A DNA stretch of 64,000 nucleotides. Source: a bacterium. GTDB lineage: Bacteria; Bacillota_I; Bacilli_A; RF39; UBA660. Positions 56,737 through 64,000 of this stretch are shown in pieces. Every line of letters starts with the position of its first letter. The stretch's first letter is position 1. The stretch lies in contig JAQXHG010000009.1 of the NCBI GenBank assembly GCA_029007115.1, positions 246 to 64,245 on the forward strand. Reading direction: 5' to 3'. Both the position numbers and the translations under genes were made by a program. Below the pieces are notes generated by a model. It made no database searches. It was not told where the DNA came from and was given only the letters and a program-made list of their open reading frames with translations.

Positions 56737-56828
56737 AAACAATTAAGATAAGTATTTTAAAGTATTAAATAATATGTTACTATAATCTTGGATTATGATG
56801 TGGAGTATTATATTATAAGGGAGTTTGT

Positions 56829-57626
56829 ATGAAAAAAAGTAAAAATAAAAGAATTAAAGCATTAAGATATGCAGATAAGAAAACATTAACAGTTTATATT
56901 ATTTTGAGAATTCTTGTTATATTATGTTTAATAAGAGAATTAATGTTGGGTGAATATCAAAATGCATTATTATGTATATTATCTTTGACATTGTTTCTTC
57001 TTCCTGCGTTTATTGAAAAAACATTTAAGGTTGAATTGCCAACGGTTTTAGAAATAAATATATTGATATTTATATTTGCGGCTGAAATTCTTGGGGAGAT
57101 AAATAACTTCTATGGAACATTTAATAATTTTGATGCAATATTACATACAGTGACAGGATTTTTATCAGCAAGCGTAGGATTCTCACTAATATATTTATTA
57201 AATAATAATATTGAAAGTTTTAATATATCTGGAATATTTGTAGCATTAGTGGCATTTTGTTTTTCTATGACAATCGGAGTAATTTGGGAATTTTTTGAAT
57301 TTAAAATGGATTGTTATTTTAATTTAGACATGCAAAAAGATACATATGTAAGTAAAATAAATACTGTGATGTTAGATGAGACAAATTCAAATAAGGTGGT
57401 TACTATAAATAATATAGATAGAGTTATATTATATGATGAAAATAATAAAGAACTTGCTAAATTAAATGGATATCTTGATATTGGTATTATTGATACTATG
57501 GGAGATTTAACGGTTAATTTTATTGGTGCTTTTATATATAGTGTTTTTGGTTACTTGTATATAAAAAATAGAGATAAGAATAAAATTGCTACTAAGTTTA
57601 TGATAACTAAGAAGGCTCAAATGTAG
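56829..57626 (+). CDS. Polytopic membrane protein of unknown function
   Basis: SD AAGGGAG and about 6 hydrophobic helices. I cannot assign a family with confidence. Confidence 0.6.
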   Translation: MKKSKNKRIKALRYADKKTLTVYIILRILVILCLIRELMLGEYQNALLCILSLTLFLLPAFIEKTFKVELPTVLEINILIFIFAAEILGEINNFYGTFNNFDAILHTVTGFLSASVGFSLIYLLNNNIESFNISGIFVALVAFCFSMTIGVIWEFFEFKMDCYFNLDMQKDTYVSKINTVMLDETNSNKVVTINNIDRVILYDENNKELAKLNGYLDIGIIDTMGDLTVNFIGAFIYSVFGYLYIKNRDKNKIATKFMITKKAQM

Positions 57627-57734
57627 CCTTTTTATAATGGAATAAATTTTTCGTTTACGAAAATAATATATAGAAATATTGAATTTAATCAGTAAAAATG
57701 ATATATTTGATAATAGAGAGGTTAGGTGAACCAC

Positions 57735-60392
57735 ATGCTTGATAGTATATTTGGAAATTATATGGATAGTGAAAGAAAAGATAATAAAAAAGATCTAAAA
57801 AGAATATCTGAACTTGAAAGTAAATTAAATATAACTAATTCACAAAAAATTATTAAAGTTAGAATTGATGGCAATGTGGTTGAAATGACAGAGGAAGCCT
57901 ATGCCTTTTATAAAAAGACAAATGAATTTAGAAAAAGATTAAGAGAAGGACAATCAATAGATAGTATTATGCCTGAGGCTTTAGCTGTTTGTAGAGAAGC
58001 AGTAAAAAGGAAACTTAATATGAGACCATATGATGTTCAAGTTGAAGCAGCAATGGCTATGCAGGGTAAGAATATAATTGAGATGAAAACGGGTGAAGGT
58101 AAAAGTCTTGTTCAAATATTAAGTGCTTATTTAAAAGCACTTGATGCGACTAAATCAGAAAATAAAAAAGAATGGGGAAGTATACATATTCTTACATCAA
58201 ATGATTATTTGGCTCAAAGAGATCAAGAGACTAATAAAGAAGTTTTTTCTTTACTTGGATTTACTAGTTCATATGTATTGTCAAAAGATAAGTTAAGAGG
58301 AAAGAAAGAAAATCTAAAAAGTTATAAAGATAGAAAAAAAGAAGCCTATAAATGCGATATAGTATATTCTACTGCAAGAACAGTAGCATTTGATTATTTG
58401 CAAGATAATACAAGATTTGAAAAAGAAGATGTATATATAACTAGACCTTTACATAGTGCTATAGTAGATGAGGCTGATGATATATTATTAGATGATGCAA
58501 CTAAACCATTGATATTAAATGGTAATCCTAGTAAAGGTAATGAAATATTTGATAGAAAACAAAAAGAATTAGAAAATAAACCTATAACTGTGCAAGAGGA
58601 AAACATTTATTTATGGGCAACTAAATATATAAATGGCGTATATAGGAAAAATAATGAGGCTATACCAACTACTTATTATGAACAAAAACCTTTAGGTAAT
58701 AGCGCTACTTATAGGGGCTCTGCTGTGTTTGCAAATAGACAAGAAGTATTATTATCTCCAATGATAGAAGATGAATTATATAATATGACTGAAAAAGAAG
58801 TTAAAAGTAAGGGAACAAATGAAGATATAAATGCATTATATGCGATGAGATTAAGTGCGGTAGAACTTTGCATATTAGCAAGAGAAGTTTATCATGCGGA
58901 TAAACAATATTTAGTAAGAGATAATAAAATTGTGCTTGTTGACTCAAATGGTAGACCACAGCATAAATCAAAATATAGAGATGGTTTACATGAAGCTCTT
59001 GAATATAAAGAAGATTTTAGATTAAAAAAAGAAGGAAAAAAAGGTATAGAGCTAAGTAAACCTAGAAATTTTGTTGCTAAGTGTACTTTTCCTGATTTTT
59101 TTAGCATTTATTCAAATGGTTATAGTGGAATGACTGGAACTAGTGATAAAGAAGAATTTGAAGAAATTTATGATCATTCTACATATAAAGTTGAAAGTAG
59201 AATTCCTAATATAAGAAAAGATGAAGAAGATGAAATATATACTACTATGGAAGCAAAACATCAAGCAATAATTAAAGAGGTTTTAAAGTGTCAAAAGACA
59301 GGACAACCTGTATTAATAGGTACTTTAAATATTATTGAAAGTAAAGCAATTTGTGATAAATTAGAAGCACTTGGTATAAGATTTCAAAGATTAGATGCAT
59401 TAAGTGCTGATAGTATGGAAAAAGAGTCTGCAATAGTATCTACCGCGGGACTTCTAGGTAGTGTAACAGTTGCAACAAATATGGCTGGTCGTGGAACTGA
59501 TATAAAACTTGGACCTGGAGTAAAAGAAGTTGGTGGCTTGTATGTTATTGGTGCTTCTAAAAATAATAATGTAAGAATAGATAACCAATTAAGAGGTAGA
59601 GCAGGAAGACAAGGGGACCCTGGTAAAAGCAAATATTTTATTTCTCTTGATGATGAAATGATACAAAAAAGAGGAAGAAAGCAAATATTTAGATTTCAAA
59701 GAAATGCTAAAGATGGTAGAATTACTAATAAAAGAATTATCAAATTAGTAGAATATTGTCAAAAGATTGAAACTGGAATACAAAAATTAGAAAGAAAAAT
59801 AAAAGAAAAAAGGGCGATGGAAACTTTTACACCATATAAAAATGAAATATATGCAGAAAGAAAAAAAGTTTTTGATGCTAACCCTGATGAATTTGAAAAA
59901 TATATTCTAAGAAAAGTAGATGGTTTTGTAGATACAACATTTTTAATATCAAAAGATTATGATGATTTATCAGCTAGATTTAAAAATATTGCCTACATAG
60001 ACCCTGGAATTTATCAATCAAGTTTACATAATGGAACAATAGATGTTTATAAAAAAGAATTAGCTAATAGTATAAAAGAAAAAATTAAAGCAAAAATGAC
60101 TACTAAAGAAGATAAGATGAATTTTTATGTAGAAAATAGATATAATGCCTTAGAAAGTTTTAATGGATATTGGGCAGATTATTCTTTGTGGCTTGAAGAT
60201 TTTGAAGCAAAACAATCACTTCTTCGTTTCGGAGCTAATTATAATCAAGATACGTTTAAAAATGAAGCAAATAAAAGATATGTTGAAACATTAAGTTCTT
60301 TATTTAATGATATTATAAGTTTTGCAATCAATGGTGAAAAAATACTAGATAATCAAATGACTAATGAAGAAAGTATAGGGGTAGTAAGATGA
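57735..60392 (+). CDS. secA2: Divergent SecA-family ATPase (accessory SecA2-like; no C-terminal Zn-finger tail)
   Basis: MKTGEGKSL Walker A, VDEADDILLDDATKPLIL, GMTGTS, VATNMAGRGTDIKLG and GRAGRQGDPGKSKYFISLDDEM. The ATG at 57735 follows AGGTGA. Confidence 0.85.
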   Translation: MLDSIFGNYMDSERKDNKKDLKRISELESKLNITNSQKIIKVRIDGNVVEMTEEAYAFYKKTNEFRKRLREGQSIDSIMPEALAVCREAVKRKLNMRPYDVQVEAAMAMQGKNIIEMKTGEGKSLVQILSAYLKALDATKSENKKEWGSIHILTSNDYLAQRDQETNKEVFSLLGFTSSYVLSKDKLRGKKENLKSYKDRKKEAYKCDIVYSTARTVAFDYLQDNTRFEKEDVYITRPLHSAIVDEADDILLDDATKPLILNGNPSKGNEIFDRKQKELENKPITVQEENIYLWATKYINGVYRKNNEAIPTTYYEQKPLGNSATYRGSAVFANRQEVLLSPMIEDELYNMTEKEVKSKGTNEDINALYAMRLSAVELCILAREVYHADKQYLVRDNKIVLVDSNGRPQHKSKYRDGLHEALEYKEDFRLKKEGKKGIELSKPRNFVAKCTFPDFFSIYSNGYSGMTGTSDKEEFEEIYDHSTYKVESRIPNIRKDEEDEIYTTMEAKHQAIIKEVLKCQKTGQPVLIGTLNIIESKAICDKLEALGIRFQRLDALSADSMEKESAIVSTAGLLGSVTVATNMAGRGTDIKLGPGVKEVGGLYVIGASKNNNVRIDNQLRGRAGRQGDPGKSKYFISLDDEMIQKRGRKQIFRFQRNAKDGRITNKRIIKLVEYCQKIETGIQKLERKIKEKRAMETFTPYKNEIYAERKKVFDANPDEFEKYILRKVDGFVDTTFLISKDYDDLSARFKNIAYIDPGIYQSSLHNGTIDVYKKELANSIKEKIKAKMTTKEDKMNFYVENRYNALESFNGYWADYSLWLEDFEAKQSLLRFGANYNQDTFKNEANKRYVETLSSLFNDIISFAINGEKILDNQMTNEESIGVVR

Positions 60393-60898
60393 GATTTATT
60401 CTTAAAATAATTAGAATTATTATATGCTTATTCTTATATATATTTTTACTTATAAAAGTATTCTTTATATCACAAGAGTACATATATGAAAATGAATATC
60501 CTGGAGTATATGGTTATTCAATCTTAAAAATAAAAAATGATTATTTAAGCCCTGATATAGAAAAAAATTCATATGTTATTTTACAAAGTAAAAAAGAATA
60601 TGAAGTAGGAGATATAGTTTATTATAGTGGAAAAAATATAAGCAAGATAATAGAAATAAGAGAAGATGAAATATCAGTAGAAGATGAGAGTAATCCAATT
60701 ATAAAAGAGGTTATTGAATTAAAAGACAATAGGGAAGAAGTATTTATTACTAGTAAAAATGATATCTATGGGAAAGTCGTATATAATAATAAAAAAATAA
60801 GTACTACTATTAATATATTAACTCATCCAATTGTTATATTATTATTAATAATATTTTCTATTTCTATATCATCTCTTACATATAAAAGATATAGTTAA
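60389..60898 (+). CDS. SipW-like (archaeal/ER-type S26 signal-peptidase-like) bitopic protein with a non-canonical active-site region
   Basis: ATGA overlap with secA2. N- and C-terminal TM segments. YGYSILKIKNDYLSPDIEKNSYVIL..VGDIVYY aligns by eye to the FGY..SGSMEPT..GD.V.V..GDVI core of SipW. Confidence 0.5.
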   Translation: MRFILKIIRIIICLFLYIFLLIKVFFISQEYIYENEYPGVYGYSILKIKNDYLSPDIEKNSYVILQSKKEYEVGDIVYYSGKNISKIIEIREDEISVEDESNPIIKEVIELKDNREEVFITSKNDIYGKVVYNNKKISTTINILTHPIVILLLIIFSISISSLTYKRYS

Positions 60899-60925
60899 GA
60901 ATGCTTATATTAAGCATTCTTTTAT
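60897..60925 (+). terminator. Intrinsic terminator
   Basis: AAGAATGCTTA, loop TAT, TAAGCATTCTT, then TTATT. Confidence 0.7.
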
Positions 60926-60943
60926 TAAAAAGGACGTGATATT

Positions 60944-62059
60944 ATGATATATTTAGATTATAGTGCTACTACACCAGTTGATCAAGATATATTTAAAGAA
61001 TACATAAAAAATACATTATTATTTAGTGGTAATCCCAATTCTCAGCATCAATTAGGAAAATTTTGTAAAAGTAAAATAGATTATGCTATTGCAAGTGTGT
61101 GTAGGGTATTTAATTGTGATAGTGATGAATTAATATTTACTAGTTGTGCTAGTGAAAGTAATGCAACTGCAATTAGAGGAATAGCTAATTCTTTTAATAC
61201 AGCTGGTAAACATATTATAACTAGTAAATTAGAACATAGAAGTATATTAAAAGAAGTAGAAAGACTTACAACACTTGGATATGAAGTAGAATATGTAAAT
61301 ATACTTAAAAATGGTCAAGTTGACTTAATTGATTTAGAAAATAAAATTAGGGAAGATACTATATTAATTAGTATATGTGGTGTTAATAGTGAAGTTGGTT
61401 ATAAACAAGATTTATATAAAATAAGAGAAGTTATTAATAAAAAAAATAATAAAGTAATATTTCATAGTGACTTAACACAAGCCTTAGGTAAAATAAATAT
61501 TGATTTAACGCCATTAGATATGGCCTCATTTTCAAGTCATAAAGTTTATGCTCCAATAGGTTGTGGACTTTTATATAAAAGAAAGAATATTGAAATAGAT
61601 CCTCTTATTTGTTCTACTAATGATAATTCTCTTTTTAGAGGTGGTACAAGAGCACTTCCATTAATAGTTGCATTTTGTGAATCAATAAAAAAATATAATA
61701 ATAATATTGAAAATCAAAATAAATGTATTTCATTAAATAAACTTATAATAGATAGACTATCAAAATACGATATTCAAATTAATTCAAATGAATACTGTAT
61801 TCCACATATTATAAATTTTAGTTTATTAAGAATGAAAAGTTTAGATTTTGTAAGATATTTAGATAAAGAAAAAATACTAGTATCATCTACTACTGCATGT
61901 TGCTCTAAAAAAGAAAGTATTATTTTAAAAGAATTATATAAGGATGAAAATATATATAAAACTTCAATTAGATTAAGTATTTCTCATTTAACTACAATAG
62001 AACAAATAGATAAGTTCTTTAAGGTATTTGATGAAATATATCAAAAACATTTAAAATAA
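60944..62059 (+). CDS. Class V aminotransferase / cysteine desulfurase (NifS/IscS-like)
   Basis: PLP-lysine context FSSHKVYAP and a C-terminal Cys loop SSTTACCS. Confidence 0.85.
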   Translation: MIYLDYSATTPVDQDIFKEYIKNTLLFSGNPNSQHQLGKFCKSKIDYAIASVCRVFNCDSDELIFTSCASESNATAIRGIANSFNTAGKHIITSKLEHRSILKEVERLTTLGYEVEYVNILKNGQVDLIDLENKIREDTILISICGVNSEVGYKQDLYKIREVINKKNNKVIFHSDLTQALGKINIDLTPLDMASFSSHKVYAPIGCGLLYKRKNIEIDPLICSTNDNSLFRGGTRALPLIVAFCESIKKYNNNIENQNKCISLNKLIIDRLSKYDIQINSNEYCIPHIINFSLLRMKSLDFVRYLDKEKILVSSTTACCSKKESIILKELYKDENIYKTSIRLSISHLTTIEQIDKFFKVFDEIYQKHLK

Positions 62060-62064
62060 ATATG

Positions 62065-62089
62065 CTGATAGTAAAATATCAGTTTTTTT
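62065..62089 (+). terminator. Intrinsic terminator
   Basis: CTGATA, loop GTAAAA, TATCAG, then TTTTTTT. Confidence 0.65.
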
Positions 62090-62146
62090 ATCATAATTAA
62101 TAATTATATCTCATACATTTTATTAAATGAATGAAAGAGGGTTATT

Positions 62147-63622
62147 ATGGATAAAACACAAATATTACAAAGTCTTGGTAAAAAATCTAATGGTGAGATA
62201 TATTTAGGTGTAGTTGGTGCTGTTAGGACTGGAAAAAGTACATTTATTAAAAAGTGTATTGAACTTTTAGTACTTCCTAATATGGAAGATGAGATGGAAA
62301 AGAAAAGATGTTTAGATGAAATACCTCAAAGTGCTAGTGGTAAAACTATTATGACTATTGAACCTAAATTTGTGCCAAGTGCTGGAGCGAATATTAATAT
62401 TAATGGGTTAAATACGAATATTAAATTAGTTGATTGTGTAGGATTTGTTACACCAGATAGTCTTGGTTACGAAGATAATTTAGGAAATCCTAGAATGGTT
62501 AAAACACCATGGTTCACTGAAGAATTACCATTTATTGAAGCAGCTGAAATTGGAACGCAAAAAGTAATAAAAGATCATGCTACAATTGGAATAGTTATAA
62601 CAACTGATGGTTCGATTGGAGAATTATCAAGAAGTAACTATGTAGCAGCAGAAGAAAAAGTAATTAATGAACTTAAAAATATTAATAAGCCATTTATAGT
62701 AGTGTTAAATTCTATTCATCCAGATGGAATAGAAGCTAAAACATTAAAAAAAGGATTAGAGGATAAATATAATATTCCTGTAATACCTATGAATGTTGAA
62801 AAAATGAAAGAAGAAGACATTACTACTATACTAAAAGAAGCTTTGTATGAATTTCCAATTGATCATATTGAATTTAATATACCAGACTGGGTAGGAATTT
62901 TAAAAAACACTCATCCGCTAAAAGAAAAGTTTATTAATAAGATGAAGGAATCAATAGTTGATGTAGATAAATTAAGAGATGCAGAAAATATTAATTTAAC
63001 TCTTGAAGATAATGATGAAATAAGTAAAGCATATATATCATCATTAGATACTGATAATAGTGAAGTTACGATTACTCTAGAAGCAAGAGAAGAATTATTT
63101 GATGAAATATTAAAAAATATAGTTGGAGAAAATATTACATCAAAGGGTGATTTATTAAAATTATTTCAAGATTTTAGTGAAGGTAGAAATGAATATGATA
63201 GTCTTAAAGGAGCATTAAAACAAGTATATCAAACTGGATATGGAATAGTACTACCAAAGGTTAGTGATATGAAATTAGATAAACCTGAGATAATTAAACA
63301 GGGTGGTAGATTTGGTATTAAATTAAAAGCAAAAGCTACAAGTATCCATATGATAAAAGTAGATGTTGAAAGTAGTTTTGAGCCAATTATTGGAAGTGAG
63401 AGTCAAAGTAAAGAATTAATAGAACATATTATGTCATATGAAAATGATCCTGAAAAAATATGGCAAAGTGAATTATTTGGTAGAAGTTTAAATGATATTG
63501 TTAGTGAAGGTATTCAAGCAAAATTATCATTACTTCCAGATAATTCAAAATATAAACTTTCTCAAACTATTACAAAAATGGTTAATAAAGGAAGTAATAA
63601 TCTAATAGCAATAGTCTTATAA
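62147..63622 (+). CDS. spoIVA: Stage IV sporulation protein A (spore coat morphogenetic ATPase)
   Basis: IYLGVVGAVRTGKSTFIKK Walker A and full-length similarity in layout, with the conserved C-terminus ..NLIAIVL. Confidence 0.95.
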   Translation: MDKTQILQSLGKKSNGEIYLGVVGAVRTGKSTFIKKCIELLVLPNMEDEMEKKRCLDEIPQSASGKTIMTIEPKFVPSAGANININGLNTNIKLVDCVGFVTPDSLGYEDNLGNPRMVKTPWFTEELPFIEAAEIGTQKVIKDHATIGIVITTDGSIGELSRSNYVAAEEKVINELKNINKPFIVVLNSIHPDGIEAKTLKKGLEDKYNIPVIPMNVEKMKEEDITTILKEALYEFPIDHIEFNIPDWVGILKNTHPLKEKFINKMKESIVDVDKLRDAENINLTLEDNDEISKAYISSLDTDNSEVTITLEAREELFDEILKNIVGENITSKGDLLKLFQDFSEGRNEYDSLKGALKQVYQTGYGIVLPKVSDMKLDKPEIIKQGGRFGIKLKAKATSIHMIKVDVESSFEPIIGSESQSKELIEHIMSYENDPEKIWQSELFGRSLNDIVSEGIQAKLSLLPDNSKYKLSQTITKMVNKGSNNLIAIVL

Positions 63623-63700
63623 AAAGACTATTTTTATTTTTTAATAAAAAAGAAAAGTGTTTTTATTAATTATAGATAATTATATTATTAGGAGGTAGAT

Positions 63701-63910
63701 ATGTATAAATATTTAAAAATATTTAATAAAGGATTTGAAGAAGGAATAATACAAGCACTTGAAGATTTAAAAAATGATAGAATAAAGAATTTTAAATTAA
63801 TAGATGATCTTGAAATTAAATCTAAAATGTATGATATTGGTTTTATAAAAGGATATAAAAAGTTTATTTATAAAAATAAAAATAATCTTTTATTTAATAG
63901 AAAATTATAG
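63701..63910 (+). CDS. Small hypothetical protein (69 aa)
   Basis: Good SD (AGGAGG, 5 nt spacing). No recognisable family. Confidence 0.4.
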   Translation: MYKYLKIFNKGFEEGIIQALEDLKNDRIKNFKLIDDLEIKSKMYDIGFIKGYKKFIYKNKNNLLFNRKL

Positions 63911-63940
63911 TATACTATTCATAGTAGAGGAAAGTGTAAT

Positions 63941-64000
63941 ATGAATAAAAAAGGTTTTACATTAATAGAATTACTATTGGTTATTGTTATAATGTCTATA
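63941..64000 (+). CDS. 5' end of a type IV pilin/pseudopilin gene, truncated by the window edge
   Basis: MNKKG|FTLIELLLVIVIMSI is the canonical prepilin N-methylation motif (GFTLIE). SD AGAGGAAAG. Confidence 0.75.
   Translation, partial: MNKKGFTLIELLLVIVIMSI

Noticed and set aside
56737-56828. Possible yjdF-type riboswitch upstream of the polytopic membrane protein.
   Set aside because: The family assignment of the downstream gene is itself uncertain. The 92-nt leader shows no convincing conserved structure by eye.
1-64000. Search by eye for CRISPR arrays, IS elements or transposases, integrases, tRNA/rRNA genes and prophage blocks.
   Set aside because: None was found. There are no regularly spaced direct repeats outside coding sequence, no transposase or integrase motifs in any ORF, and no GC-rich structured RNA-like islands in the intergenic regions.

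Overview
This is a very AT-rich chromosomal segment (by eye about 25-30% G+C, not computed) from a low-GC, endospore-forming Firmicute. Supporting markers are spoIVA, spoIVB, wall-teichoic-acid genes, a T-box leader and the str operon; no finer taxonomic call is possible from the sequence alone. I count about 60 protein-coding genes, mostly + strand and mostly core housekeeping. These include trmB, proS, holA, mraY, an ftsW/rodA-family gene, der and rpsL-rpsG-fusA-tuf. Also present are mraZ-rsmH-ftsL-pbp, nusB-xseA-xseB, spoIVB, mgtE, uppS and the ruvX-mltG-methyltransferase-U32 block. The remainder comprises greA, tig, an ABC exporter pair, a cysteine desulfurase and spoIVA. I saw no rRNA, tRNA, CRISPR array, transposase, integrase or phage genes. 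The parts worth a second look are as follows. (1) A 927-aa protein with a prepilin-type N-terminus carries MucBP-like, Listeria-Bacteroides and two tandem glycine-rich modules, and a second prepilin-type gene starts at the window edge. (2) A single 635-aa ORF fuses IspH to a polyprenyl-diphosphate synthase. (3) A divergent SecA2 is translationally coupled to a SipW-like protein with a non-canonical catalytic motif. (4) A teichoic-acid cluster has a TarI-like cytidylyltransferase next to GatZ-like and GatD-like genes, suggesting a CDP-alditol (galactitol?) route. (5) An orphan, translationally coupled two-gene cassette lies at the left edge. (6) Ribosomal protein S12 has Ile in place of the conserved Pro of KDLPGVRYH. 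(7) A four-box 10-nt-periodic MraZ operator is present. (8) There is a thioester-domain adhesin with an NPKTG sorting signal. All functional calls rest on motif recognition by eye; no database search was run.
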